64,000 bases of DNA from the human T2T-CHM13v2.0 reference genome, Homo sapiens (GCF_009914755.1 NC_060936.1); one strand, 5' to 3'. Numbered from the stretch's first letter, positions 37,798 through 52,454 are shown. Notes: generated by a model not told the origin, from the letters alone. Program-made: numbers and translations.

Positions 37798-39649
37798 TCG
37801 GCACACACAACAGTCAGAGCGCAGGCGAGCAAGGTGGGACAAGCTTGGCACTGAAGATCAGCACTGAGCACTCCACCTTTTCCTGGTCTGCACCACCTTC
37901 TCTCTTTCATAGCTCCCTTTTCTACCTCTTTCTCTCCACTTATGAGTTAGGCCAAGATGTCTCAAGACTTTCCGGCAACACATCTTTCCCCTTCCCCTGA
38001 ATGGTAGGTGAGAGGAGCACACACTTCCAGAGGCTCAGGGGGTGTGAGTCAAAGTCATCTTGTGCTTATTTTAACCCTGCATGCCAACTTTGCATCCTGT
38101 TCCACAACAGGGCAGTATGTGTGCAGTAACATTCAAAAAATAAGTTTGTGCTATATTACTGAGTAAAACTGATGCTGCAAGAGGCTAAGCCTTGTTAATC
38201 TTGAAGTTTTAGGTACCAAAATACAAACAGAACATGCCCTCTCCAGCCTGAGAAATAACAGGCTTAATCTAGGCTGTCAGAACCCCTGGCACCCTCTGAG
38301 GGAGGGGCATCTCTTTAGAGGGCTGGGTGGCAGAGTAAGAGTTAGCAGGCACAGTGCCTCTCCCCTTTCTTGCTTTGGTTGCTAGGGAGCTCTGATTGAA
38401 GTTTTGTGCCCCTTTATAAACATACTCCTCAGACTGGGGGTTGCAATGTAATTTTCTTTCAACTGACATTTTTCTCAAATTCTGCAGGGATGAATTAAGG
38501 TCTTAATTATTCTGGAAGTAGATGAGGAATCTACCTGCTTACAGAGCTGCATTTTCCTGAAAAGGGAATAATAAGCTACAAATCTACTTCTCCAAATGAA
38601 GGTCTGGGCTAGGACTCAAAGCCTGTGCTATCTGAGAGCAGAGTCCAAGCACTGGCTGAAGTGCTTTGCAGACAGTCAAGTGGGACACACCCTTGTGCGA
38701 CGACACTAAGGCCACGACTGGGACAGCCACATGCCTGACCATTTTGATATTGGACAGGGGCTGTCCTTCACCTGAGCAAAGCACTTCCCCAAGCCTGCTC
38801 TTCTGGCCAGAGGACAAGGCCCATCGCAGGGGACGTGGCACACAATGAGAACCACTTAGGCCAGCAGCCAGGGAACTTCACTCATCAAGGCTTCTGTGCA
38901 GCATGCACAGTGATAGTTGATATTTGCAAGGATGAAACAGGGCCCAGCAGGTCCTGAATCACCTTCTGGATCATCAAAGATTTCAATTACACTCCATCGA
39001 GTTCCCATGTTAAGTATATTTTATTATATTTGAATTCCCTGGAAAGTGGCCATCTATGGTATTGATGGTAACTCTCCATTAACCTGCAAGGTGGCCTGCC
39101 AGGAAGACCAATGCCTCATCTTGGTTGGGCGGGAGAGAGTGTGTGTCAGTCCACGAGGGATGATGGGGCAGGGAAGGTGAGCTGCTGGGAGGGAAACAGT
39201 CAGGACCACCTCTCAACCATACAACATGCCCGGCTCCAAACCCACTTTCCTTATCTGTGAAATGGGCTGCCTGGCCTCCTGAGAGTGAAGGATACGTACG
39301 GCATTATGAAAGATGAGGAGAGTTACATGGGTGAAATAGGCAAGATTGCCAGACACATGTCAGAGAGGGGAAGACGCCTAACAATACAGAAAACACGACA
39401 TCATTTTCTCTAAATGGACACAACACTATCACATCCGTCGCCTACAGGTTCACATATGTACAAAATGCAAAGACAAAGATCTAGAAGGAGATTCGCAAAT
39501 GAGTGGCATGAATTTCTCCAGGGAGGAGGGTGGCACAAGACTTGGGTGGCAGTGGATGAAAGGATATCTTGGCCTTAAATTTTACTTTCAGCAAGGAAAA
39601 CATATTCATGTTTTAATTGTGCAACTACATTTTTTAAAAAAGAAAAAAT

Positions 39650-39870
39650 CTTATATATAGGATATATACTATATATCTATTGGATTATATATAGAATATA
39701 TACTATAGCTATATATAGGATTACATATAGGATATATTTTATATATGTGTATATATAAAAATCCAATATATACATTTCGTTCTCTCTCAAATATACATGT
39801 ACATATCTATGTATCTCTCTATACACATATCTATAGATATATATGTAGAGAGGAGAAAGGGAGAGAGAGC
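39650..39870. repeat. Degenerate (TA)n low-complexity tract
   Basis: TA-dominated sequence downstream of an old L1-like fragment. Confidence 0.85.
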
Positions 39871-41008
39871 TCATGTGTGCTGGGTGCATGGTAGGGGTAC
39901 AATAAAGGATGAACGATTATAATTAGGCTGTTTTTGAATGTCAAAGATGACCACATATTAGCATTTTTCTGTAATTTAACCTGTCAACTGTCAGCTAAAG
40001 GGCACCCCAATCCATGAGGTCGCTGGAGGTAGCTAGAATGAGGATGGAAGTGAAAACAAAACAAAGCAAACCAAAGAGAAACATCCTGGGCCCTGGGTCC
40101 ACCTATCTTCCCTGTAATGTGCTTTGTTCGCTTGCCCCAGAGCAGGGAAAACCAGGCAAATTCTCCGGAATGCAGCGGCCCCATCACGTGAGGTGCTTAG
40201 AGCTCCAGGGAATTTCTGGGCTCGGGGGCATGTCCGCCTTAAAGGTTCAGGCCCAGGCTGTCCCCACAGGCTCCGCCCCCCATGGGAGGGGAGCCACACC
40301 CTGGCTCCAACCTGGAGGACCAGCTCTTGCCAGGAACACTGGGAGGCACAGACATTACAGTGAAGAAAATTAATTTTCTTCTGAGACTTTTATGTTTTGG
40401 ATGCTCTTGTGACACCCCATTGAGATGGCTGCAGGCAGGCTGGGTTTTTTCCCGAAATCTGGGCTGAGAAATCCATGTTCTGAAATGCATTTTACAAGAG
40501 AACAGAGGTGAGGAGAGGGAAGGCGGGAGGAATGGTGAATAACCCTGGATACCAATCCCAGCGCCTCCAAGACGATGGTGAAATGTACGAAGAGTCGAAA
40601 CAAAATGGAATCTTGAGGCCAGCACAGCCTTTCTGGCTCTATTACAACAAAAGAACCTCTCCTATTTATTGAGTGCTGATTTTGCACCAAACACTAGGCT
40701 GCAGGATCTTTTCATGGCACTCCTAGGCCGAAAGAAATACCTAACAGTTTGTTTATTAAGTAGTTAGGGCTAAACAACTTGACAGTAGCAGTTTACACCA
40801 TCTCTGACAGATGTGGCTGTTTTTCCTCAGAAATCTGAAATAGCCCACAGGAAAGGTGTCAGTTCACTGTGGCACCCTGAGGTGCCTTGGTACACAGTTT
40901 GGGAACCATGGCTTTGGGCCAATGGCTTTACTTGTTACTTTACTGAGCCCTCCCAATAGACCCGGCAAGTATTTATTATGATCTCCATTTTATAGATGCA
41001 GATACTGA

Positions 41009-41327
<319 letters not shown>

Positions 41328-41378
41328 TGACTTGTCCAAGTGTGACAGCTGAAGGAGGTAAGATTCAAACACCAATCT

Positions 41379-41508
41379 AGCCAGGTGTGGTGGCTCGCAC
41401 CTACAATCCCGGCTACTCGGGAGGCTGAGGTGGGAGGATCACTTGAGGCCAGGAGTTCAAGACTGGCCTGGGCAATATAGCAACACTCTGTCTCTTAAAA
41501 GCAAACAG
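41379..41508 (+). mobile_element. Free Alu monomer (FLAM-like)
   Basis: Single ~130-bp monomer; TSD AAACACCAATCT at 41367-41378 and 41509-41520. Confidence 0.85.
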
Positions 41509-41976
41509 AAACACCAATCTGATAGACTCTCAGGGCGGCCATGTTTGGTCGTGCAGGTTGAATACTGCACAATCCTAGAGGCCACCACTCCTGCAGATTA
41601 CAGTACTGACCATCTGAATCACTACGCTACCAGCTGAGGCTTGACTGTGCACAAAGCCTCCAGCTGTAGTAGCCCTTCCCTCTTCACTGAGCAACCTCTT
41701 GCTTTGACTTCTATGATTACCTGAGCAGAGCCTCTGGCCACATCCCATTCCCAGGTAAACAGACTCACAGGACATGCCAAGGAGCACCAGAAGCTTCATT
41801 TAACCTTGGTGGCCAAGTAGCAAAATGACTAACTCCAATAGGTAAATTGCATCAAAACCAGCAGCATTTCAACCACAGGTGGGCTTGGCTGGGAAAAAGA
41901 TCTACAGGTCTAAGTGAACCTGACAGGTATCCTGGAACCTGAAATTTGGACTAAAGTAAGAGTCCATTTAATGGAA

Positions 41977-42955
41977 CAGTTTCTCTAATTAGGGTCTGCT
42001 GCCTCTCGGATACATTTGGGCATATATACCTGTGCATGTGTGTTGAGGGTGGGGTGGGGGTGGAGAGGATTTGCTCTTTTTGTAGGACAATTTCAGGTTT
42101 TTCTGTTTTTATTTAGACAGTCTAATTTTTAATACGTGTACATACATGTGTATCATGATAGAACCGTGAAGAGATTTCAGTGCCTGTACTGGACTTCAGG
42201 GACAGGCAAGTGACATCCTACAGACACAGACATGATGCCTTTGGACACTAGAGTGTTCAGATCATGTCTCTGCACCTAACCAACTGGCAACAAGAGATCA
42301 ATTCACTGGGATGAACAATGAAACATTTTTCTGTTCCCAATTCCAAGAGTAATTGGTTATCCATTCATTCATAATTTCAATAACACTACAATGCTAACTT
42401 TTATTTTTAAGTGATCAGGATAGAACCAATAAGCACCGCTGCATGAAAACGGGTGTTTGATGACCGGCAAGACTCAGAGAAGCAAGAGGTCTAATCGTGC
42501 TGAACCAGCAAATGAAGCCTTCAATTTGGTATTCTCATCCTGCACAAGCACTTACTTATGCAAACAGGCATTCTCTGCATTAGTATTACTGACGTAAAAG
42601 AACCGAAACAGATTATAGATCTGGACCTGAGGCTACATCTTTCTAATATTAAAAACCCACATTCTGAATTTAGTTTCTGCAAAACGACATCATCCATCAC
42701 GCTAAAATAATGTTGTTAATTTGAATTTTATTGAGTTTAAATTTTGTTTGTATTTAACGTGAAATTGTGTTTTGGTTTTATAGTCCTAAAAGAACCATAA
42801 GCATGAGTTGTCAGTTTATTCTGAGTTTTATATTTGTACATAGTTAAATAACATAATAATAAAAATATTTACATTATCACCATGGGAAAGGACTGTGAAA
42901 TTGTATTTTACTTTAAAAGGGCTCTTTATACCTTGCTCAAGTTTGAGAAACACTG
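41977..42955 (+). mobile_element. hAT-Charlie DNA transposon fossil with transposase C-terminal remnant
   Basis: Ends cagtttctctaa and ttgagaaacactg are TIR-like. From 42544 it translates TSTYLCKQAFSALVLLT*KNRNRL*, then DLRLHLSNIK after a frameshift. Confidence 0.7.
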
Positions 42956-43599
42956 TGATGGCCCAAGATTGCATGCAATGTTACTTTAGGAATGAAACTC
43001 AGAGACCATCACGTCGTTGGGAATTCCCTTACTTCAGTTTCCTCAGGGAGGATCAGAAAGGTTAGGTGACTTTCCTAAGAGCACACAGCTAGTTAGCAGC
43101 AGGGCTGGGAGTCACAGCCTAGTCTCCTGGCTCCTTACGCAGCCCGAGTGTATTACTGAAGTCCGAGGCAGGAGCCACAATAGAGATGACAGCAACCCTA
43201 AGCCAGGAGTGATACCAGGTGCTTTACCAGCCTCACTGACCTTGTATCTTACAGCAAACCAGACACAGCTGTTAATCCTGCCATTTTACAGAGACAGACA
43301 CTGAGTCCCAGAGAACTCATCAGACCAAGTTACTAAGTCAAGACAAAACAGCATGCACAATCCGGGCTTCTACCCTGAGGGTTTTAATGGGGTAAGCCTT
43401 GTATCCACCTCCCTCTAAGCCAAAACGGTTCCTTCCCTTTCTGGAGTTCATGGTTGTTTCTGTAACCTAGCACCTGGCGCAGTCCCTGCTTCATTAGTGA
43501 TGCTTAGTAAATATTTGCTAAACCGACAAGTTATTTCTTAACTAAAAAGCAGTGTTTGAGACCTCCCTTTTCCGTGGAAAACTCTGCGATGCGTGAGGG

Positions 43600-44280
43600 G
43601 AGAGAAGCTGTTCCTAAAGAGGAATCCCCCAAGCTGTCTGGGGCTCCCTGCTGCCTTTCACCACCCAGAATGCTGGAAGACATGGCGCGCAATTATCAGC
43701 TCCAACAATGAGCCAACGGCGGCCCTCCGAGCAAGCCCAGACAAAGCACAGAGACCTTGCAGCTGAAAAGGCTCTGAATGCAGACAGGGGAGGTGTGAAA
43801 GCAAGGTTAGAGTGAGCTGCCGCGGCTGCTTGGGGCAGGAGGGGAGGAATGAGGGCGCACAATGCCACCCTTCCCCCGGTACAGGCACGCTCTCCCTGGG
43901 GCACCCTGTTCCACTGTCTGAGCTTTTGTCGCCCACTCTGGAACCAGTCTAGGCGTGCAGTGAGGGAAAACGCCAGCTGCAGCGGAAGCCCGAGCCTGCG
44001 AAATCTCAAAGGAAGGACGAAAACAACGGCAAGAAAACCCTTCTCAGTGCTCAGGGTTAATTATTTATTTTTTTAAGGAGGCAAACTAAGGAGGCTTCCA
44101 CGTGGCCGTGGTTTGGGATTGCTCGACCAGTTAGTCTGGCAGATGGAAACAGCCTCATGGCAGATAAATGACATACTCTTAGTCAAGTACGTGCAGCTGT
44201 TGACTTATCAAAGACGCTGGCCCCACATCTGTGGCAGACATCACTAATCAATTTCGGTGCCATTTTCCACGGAGCCCAAA
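43600..44280. promoter_or_regulatory. Candidate enhancer
   Basis: CpG-retaining unique sequence with AGGTGTGAAA, GATA, E-box and TCF/LEF motifs. Motif inference only. Confidence 0.4.
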
Positions 44281-45304
44281 CAGTCTCAATCCTCCCGCAC
44301 AGGGTTCCAGGCAGCCATGACCAATGGGTTTGTGTTGGCTTGGAAATGGCAGGCCTATCCCAAACCCTTCATGGAATCATTCAACAAATGAGGCCCCGAG
44401 AGGTCATGTAATCGCCGGAGGTCAAGCAGCAGGGCCCAGGCCAGAATTCAGGTCTCCTGACTCCCTGGCTAGTGTTTTTTTTCCACGTGGAAAATCACAC
44501 TGGCGCCTTTCCAAGCTGACAGCCAACTCCTGATGAAGGAGGAGGAAGGACAGCATGAAGACAAGAACTCAGCTAACCCGAGTATGTCCTCTGAGCAAGT
44601 GGCACTTCTCTTGGCTTGAGCAGCAGTAACTTTTACAGCCTCTGATCATCCTCTGGACATATTGGTAGGATGATCAAAAAGGAGAAGAGTCTGCAAAGCC
44701 AGCTTCTCCAGTGATGAAGGTATCACTCAGTAAACATCCCTCCCAAACTCCTTGGGGCTGCATTCCCAGAGATCTTAAATAGGGCAGGGCATGTTCTGAG
44801 AAACATGGCTTTGTGCCCATCCTGCAATATGGAGAATCTGGAGAGACACAGATAGACAGAAGCCTAAGAAAGTTCCGCACTGGTTTCTTTGCTTTCTGAA
44901 AAGGGTCTAGAAAGATCCCCAAACAGTGTTTCCTCACACTGCAAACTGAAGGTTAATATTTTCTACATTCTTTATAGTACAAGGTTCATGTATGAACCTA
45001 CTAAATAAAAATAGATCCTAGATAAAATGTACTTACTAGGTCAGCCTTTTGATTTCCCTAGGTACAGTTAGCCTAGATTTAAGTAATAAACTGTATAAAT
45101 TGTCTATATGGAGTATAAAAGTTGGGATAATTTCTCTTCCCCCACTTATCCCCCCATCTGTTGACTCTGTGGCAGCTGAATATTAGTTTCCTTCTGACCA
45201 AGGAACCACCACCTGCAGGTGACCCTAAAGCCTAGAGGATTCTACCTTCTTTGACCCCATAAAAGGCTACTGCTGGCATACTTTGGGGAGGAAGTTTCAC
45301 ATAG

Positions 45305-45688
<384 letters not shown>

Positions 45689-46168
45689 TAACAAACAGTT
45701 AACCTTGACATCACTTGCTTACCGCTGATGATAGGCAACTCATTACTGCAGGAAATGGCCTTTTTCTAATGCTTTATAGTTTGGGATATTCACTTTTAAA
45801 AAACCTTTGAATTTTGAGATAATTATAGATCTATATGCAGTTGTAAGAAAGAATCAGAGAGATCTTATACACCCTTCACCCAGTTTCCCTCAATGGTGAC
45901 ATCTGGCAAAACTACAGTACAATATCATCATCAGAAAATCAACATTAATAATTGACCTTATTCAGATTTCACTAGTTTTATATGCGGTCATTTGCATGTA
46001 TGTATTGAGTTCCATGAAATCTTATGAGTAGTTATGAGTGTCCACCACAATGAAAACACAGAATGGTTTTATCACAAGGACCCCCTAAGCTACCTTTTGA
46101 TAGACACAGGCACCTCCCTCCCTCCTGCCTCCCACTCATCTAATTTTGTCATTTCAAGAACATTATAG

Positions 46169-46466
46169 AGCTGTGTGTGGTGGCTCACACCTGTAATCCC
46201 AGCACTTTGGGAGGCTGACACAGGAGGATTACTTGGGCTCAGTTCAAGACCAGCCTGGGCAACATAGCAAGCCCTGTCTCTACAAAAAAACTGAAAAATT
46301 AGCTGGGCGTGGAAGTGCATGCCTGTAATCTCAGCTACTCAGGAGGCTGGGGAAGGAGGATCCCTTGAGCCCAGGAGTTTGAGGCTTCAGTGAGCAATGA
46401 TTACACTACTGTACTCTAGCCTGGACAACAGAATGAGACCCAGTCTCAAAAAAAAAAAAAAAAAAA
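46169..46466 (+). mobile_element. AluJ-like inserted in old L1
   Basis: Alu consensus and poly(A). Confidence 0.9.
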
Positions 46467-46967
46467 GACAACGTTATATAAATGGAATCACACAGTATGT
46501 CATCTTTTCAGGATTATTTTTTTCTATTTAGTATAAATCTCTGGAGATTTAGCCACGTTGTTTTGTGAATCAATAGTTTGTCCCTTTTTACTGCTGAGCA
46601 GCATCCCATGTCTTGAACATACCAGTTTGTGTAGCTATTTTCCTACTGAAAGACATTTGGGTTGTTTCCAAGTTTTGGCTATTTATGCATAAAGGTATTA
46701 TGAACATTCAATTATAGATTCCTTTTATGGGGGGGTTAGCAGCTTTATTGAGATATAATTCACATCTTATATAGTTCACCCATTTAAAGTGCACAACTTG
46801 ATGGTTTTTGCTACATTTACAGAGCTGTGCAACCCTTGCCACAGCCAATTTTAGAAGATTTTCATTACCTCACACAGAAGTCCTGTACCCTCTATCCAGT
46901 AACTCCCAACCTACCTTCCCCTTCCCTAAGCAACTGTGAATCTACTTTCAGTCTCTACGGATGTGCC

Positions 46968-47120
46968 TAGTCATCCCTCGGTATCCACAGGGGATGGGTT
47001 CCAGGACCCTCATGGGTACCAAAATCCAAGGATGCTCAAGTCCCTTCTGCATTATTTTCGATCTGTGGTTGGTGGAATCTGTGGGTGCAGAATCTGTGGA
47101 TGTGGAACCCACAGATACAG
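46968..47120. mobile_element. MER2-like (TcMar-Tigger), internally deleted, inside L1
   Basis: tagtcatccctcggtatccacaggggatgggttccaggaccc...gatgtggaacccacagatac. Confidence 0.75.
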
Positions 47121-49014
47121 AATCATAGGATACGTGGCCTTTCGTGTCTGGCTTCTTTCACTCAGCATCATGTTTTCAAATCCACGTTATCAGTAGTCCA
47201 TTCCTATTTATGGCCGAATAACATTCCATTGTATGAATACACCCCATTTTGTTTATCCACTCATCAGCTGACAGACATCTGTTTTTGTGTGAACGTGAGT
47301 TGTCATTTCTCTGTTGTTGATGCCCAAGAGTGCAATCACTGGGTCATAGAGAAAGTGCACGTTTTACTTTGTAAGAAACTGCCCACACTTGGAATTTCCC
47401 AGAGCAGCTGTACCATTTTTGGCTCCCATGAGCAATGCATAAACAATCCAGTTTCTCTGCATCATTGTCAGCATTTTGTGTCACCACTATTTTTTATTTT
47501 AGCCATCCTGACCGTTACATGTATATTCATTTGTTTGTACCCTCAGCAGAAATCTGATTTTCGGTAACATTTGCTGTGAGTCAGAGCCCTGAATATTCCT
47601 CTTGGGCATTCCTTTTGTAGGCTGGCCAACCCTATATCAGATCTTCTATCTTGATATAATCTGGGTAGTTCCTGTCTCTCCCTCCTAAAATAAGAGGACA
47701 TACTTACTCACTTTACCCGTTAAAAGACAGATTTAAGATGTGGTCATGCCATAGAGGAGTTGAGACCTCTGGGATCCGGACCATGGGATTCTGTTGAGCT
47801 ACATCCCACAGCTGGTTAATGTGAACCCTGGAGTCCACTAAGAACTCAAGATCTTTTTTTTGAAATAAAAAGATATGAGGCAAGGACTCCTACATTCTGT
47901 CTTGGGGCCATTCCCTTAGTGGAACTGATTCCCTGGCATTTTGTAGTCACTGCCTGGTACCTGTGCTCATCTTCCAGGTGGCTCATCACTTCCTTAGACT
48001 GTGGTTATTCTGAGGGTAGGAGGTAGAGCACTGAGCTCCCAATAAGCACGTGGTTATTTGTGGACTGCCCTTGATAAGCACAGTGGACAGTAAAACCTCA
48101 GGGGTGATGCTTGCTGAAGATAGGCATGTTGTAAGGGCTCAGCAGATATGTTGCTGAATGGGCACATGAAAGAGTTAAAAAAAACTCTTTCCCTTGAATT
48201 CATAATAGGAAAGACAGCACAGGAAGAGTATCTGTGAGTGCAAATACGGCTTTGCCACTTGTGCAGGGTTTTATAGCTGGGAAGCCATCTGACTTGTGCG
48301 CTTCAGTTCCCCAGGCTTCTTGGCGGGGGAATGAATGAAATCCTGAGCACAAAAGCACTTCAGGCCCCGGCAGGCCCTTGGGTAAGGTGCTGTGCAGACA
48401 TCGGGAGGTATCGTTAATGGTGCCTTGCTCACATAGGCAGAGAATGCAGCAGCGAGGACCATCAATACTCAAATGCTGGTGCTGAGGCTGACATGCATGG
48501 ATCCCAACAGGAATGCTCACAGAAGCCCCCAAACACACATAGACACACGGCCAGATGGGTTGAGGCACACAACCTTGGCATCACGACTGTGGCCAGTGGT
48601 TATTTGTGCTGTATGACAGGTGAGGAGAGGATGTGTGTGTGTGGAGCGGGGCTGTGAGGGATGCACATTCCACCAAGATGGCAGCTCTCTCAGACTTTCC
48701 CGTCCCCGAATGTGGCCAATCATCCAGCTAGCTGCTTAGGACCTAAATATAGGTGTCATCTGCAATCCCTCTCTCTGCCATAGTCCTCACCAAAGCCACC
48801 ATCAAACATATTCCCAAACTGACCTGGCATCCCACTTCCATGGCTGACGCCTGGTCCAAGCCGCAGTCAGCTATGGCCCAGGTGAAGCAAAAACCCCCTC
48901 TTGGGTCTCCTCACACCTGCTAGTCCCCCTGAGAGACTTTTCTCCTTACAAGATCTTTTACAAATGTAAGTCAAGAAAGCCCAAAGACCTGAAGTGCTAA
49001 TGGCCAACCCCAGC

Positions 49015-50458
49015 CAGGCAATCACGAGAAAGAACAAAGCCACTGGATATCAAGTCTATTACAAAGCCTTGGTAATTAACACAGGTTGGTATTGGCATGG
49101 GGGCAGACAAATAGACCCGGGGAGCAGATTAGAGTCAGAAGCAGACCCTCACACACAGTCACCTGATCTATGACAAAATCAATGCTGCAGAGGGAGGGGA
49201 AAGAATGGTCTTTGCAATAAATGATATTGGGCCAATTGAATATCCAAGTGGAAAAAAAATGCTCCTTGGTCTGCACCTCACGCCATATACAAAAATCAAT
49301 GCCAGATGGATTGCATACCTTGATGTGAAGGGTCAAAGAGAAGCCTTTCCTTTTAGAGAAAAATATAGGTGGCCACCTTCATGAGCTCAGAGGAGGCAAG
49401 GATCTCTTAGCAGACACAAAAAGTTATAACCAGGAAGGAGAAAGAATGACAGTGACAATATCTAAGTGAAGAGCCTCTGTTCATCAAAGGATACCACCAA
49501 GAAGGTGAAAGCAACCCACAGAATGGGAGACACTGCAATCACACAGTCCAGAATACAGAAAGTTAAATAAAAAGTAATTAGAAAATTGAAAAGAAAAATA
49601 AATTTAAAAATCATACAAGCCAATTTTTAAAAAGTGGGCAAAAGACTTGAACAGACATCCCACAAGAGACAATAGATATCCAAATGGCTCATAAACATAG
49701 GAGAAAATATTTGACTTCCTGAACTATCAGGGAAGCACAGATTAGAACCATAATACAGTAATACCACTGTAGCCATTATCCACCTACCAGAATGGCTAAG
49801 GAAAAGACAGACAACACCAAGTGTGGACGAGGATGAGGGGCACCAGAACACCATAAACTGACCGTGGAAGGAAGCGCAAACTGATACAACCACTTTGGAA
49901 ACCTGCCTGGAAATAAATATCTACTAAAGCTAAAATATGCATACCCTGTGGCCCTGCAATTCCATACCTACACATACACTCTACAGGGACACATGCATGT
50001 GGATGCCAAAGAAATGCTCACAGGAGCAGTATTTGAAATAGCCCAAACCCTGCCAACTACCCAAATGCTCATTGGTAAAATGGGTAAGTATATTGCAACA
50101 TATTCACACAATGGAATTCTAGATGGTCACAACAATGAATGGATTACAACTGCAACATAGCAAGTGCGGATCCCAGAAATAGAATGATGATCAAAGAAGC
50201 CAGACACAAATGAGAATATATGTTCCAGTTCCATTTACAGAAAGTACAAAAACAGGCAACACTAATATATGTTTTTCGAAGTTAAGAGAGTGGCTGCTCT
50301 TGGTGGGGGGCAGGTAGTGACTGGCAGGAGGCGCTGGGCAGGGGCTAGCTGGAAATGCTCTGCCTCTTGAGCCAGGTGCTGGTTACACAGTGGTGCTGAA
50401 TTTGTGACCACCTGCCATACTGTCCGCTTAGGATCTGTGCACTTTTCTGCACGCATGC
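49015..50458 (+). mobile_element. Ancient L1 (L1M/L1ME) ORF2 3' end and 3'UTR remnant
   Basis: Motifs tattacaaagcc...ggtattggcat...gacaaatagac, gggcaaaagacttgaacagaca and acaaccactttggaaa; no intact ORF. Confidence 0.8.
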
Positions 50459-50617
50459 TAGCTGGCAATCACACGGGGCAAGGCTGGTCCTGCCTCGTCG
50501 GGGCTCGGCATTTACTGTCTCTGGATCTGCACGTGCTCACTCCTTCACAACCCAGGTCTCCACGCAAATGTCCCCTGCTTGGAGGAGCCTTACCTAACTG
50601 CCCAATCTAAGATTCCC

Positions 50618-51030
50618 TGTACTGGATGTCTCCCAAATGATGTGTACTTGAAACCTGTAATGTGACCTTACTTAGAAATAGGACCTCTACAGATGTGATC
50701 AAGATCAGATGGGGTCATATGGATTAGTGTGGGTCCTCGATGCAATGCCCGGTGTCCTTATCGGGAGAAGGCACAGAAGGAAGAACGCCAGAGACGACAG
50801 AGGCAGAGACGGGACTGACACAGCCCCATGCCAAGCAATAGCAGGGATTGGCAGCAGCTTCCAGGAGCGGGAGGAAGCGAGGAAGGATCCCCCCTGCAGC
50901 CTTCGGAGGCAGCATGGCCCTGCCCACACCTTGAACTGGGACTTCTGGCTTCTGGAACTGTGAGAATACATGTCTGCTGTTTAAGACCCCCATTGTGGCA
51001 TGTTGTCATGGCAGCCACAGAAACTGGTAC
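50618..51030 (+). mobile_element. MaLR solo LTR (MLT1B/C-like) within L2
   Basis: Motifs aatgtgaccttacttagaaatagg, gcatggccctgcccacaccttg, ctggaactgtgagaatac and ggcagccacagaaac. Confidence 0.82.
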
Positions 51031-52420
51031 TGGTCTTATTCTCATCCCTCCTAACTCTTGCTTTAACTGTCTTCAGAACGCTCATGCCACCATGTCACGG
51101 AATTTATTTGTTCATTTGTTTACTGCCCCTACTGCCAACCACCATTAGAACATAAGAGCCACAAGGGCAGGAACTTTGCCTTGTTCACAGCCACCTTCCC
51201 AGTGCCGAGCAATGCACCTGGTACAGAGAGAGGCTCCATCAACGCCAGAGGAATGCCAGGGGAATAAATCTGCATCTCCCGTGGTGCAGAGGAGACAGGA
51301 GGCACCCCATGCACACTGAAGGAATGAAAGCACGCATTCATTCCGTCCTTTCAAACCACAGCGAAGTAGGAAGAGTGGGAATATCCTGATAGGAAAACAG
51401 GGCAGAGTGGGGAAATGACCCGGTCCTCGCGGCCAGCCCTCCGAGGGGGTCAACAGGACTTAGCTTTATTTGTAACCCCTGTATGTTTTATAAGGGGAGG
51501 AAAAAAATACCTTATCTGTGTAACTGAAACTAGAAGGCCACAAACCCCGTTTTCTGACTTCAGGTTCCCAGTGCTCTGTGAGGACGTGCCAAATCCCCAC
51601 TTAGGCCTTGTGTTTAACTGAGTCCAGGGGTTGGCAAACTTTTCCCAGCCAGGGCCAGAGCATCGATATTTGGAAATACCTCATCAAGGTAGGATGAGGT
51701 CATATGGATGAGGTTGCAAGCTCTTAACTCTGCTGCGGAAGCCCCAAAGCACCAGGCAATAATGAGCAAGCATAGCTGGAGTTGGTCAGTGGTCAGTGGC
51801 TGTGATGCCCCCTGACCTAGGGCCTCTCTGGGGAAGTGGATTTGGGAGGAGACGACCTGTGCAGAGGAGAGACACCTGGGGTCAGCCTCATCCTCCTCAC
51901 CCATCCCTTTGAGAACTTGGCTAAGGGTTTTCTCCCACCCCACACACCTCACTCAACCCATCCTGCCTGGCTGGCTCTCAGGAGCTGCCTGAGCCTGATT
52001 TTTGCAGAGTTTCTTCAGGGAAAGCCTGGAGAATGGGAAGTCTTCCCCCATCCTGCTCTGTGTCTCTGCCCTAGCAGATGAAAGGGCTCAAAGGGCTCGA
52101 AGCTTTTGGAAAAGTACTGCTGACAACCAGGAGTCAATCGGGCAGTGACCCCATGCCTGTGTGGGGGAGACAAGGGAGGTGTGTGTGGGGAGCATGAGTG
52201 AGCAAGCTGTCCTCGGCCCTCCTTCCACTGTCACGGCCACTGCAAGAGGAAATGAGAAGGCCAGGAGGCCAGGGATGGACAGACGCTGCCCACAAAGCAG
52301 GCACAACAGGTGTGGGGTGGACAGGAGATGCAAGCCTTGTAATTAAGATCTCCAGACACCTGTTGTGAACTCTCGCCCATTCACACCCTAGCAGGTGGTT
52401 CACACCTCAAGGAAGAAAAT

Positions 52421-52423
<3 letters not shown>

Positions 52424-52452
<29 letters not shown>
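52424..52452 (+). repeat. A29 homopolymer with no adjacent Alu/L1 body
   Basis: Counted directly. Confidence 0.9.

Positions 52453-52454
<2 letters not shown>

Larger units (their letters stand above)
45805..47515 (-). mobile_element. Nested old L1 3' ends (L1MC/ME host with L1MB-like insert at ~46738-47275)
   Basis: Reverse L1 3' motifs acccttcacccagtttcccc, gctttattgagatataattcaca and agcagctgtaccatttt. Confidence 0.72.
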
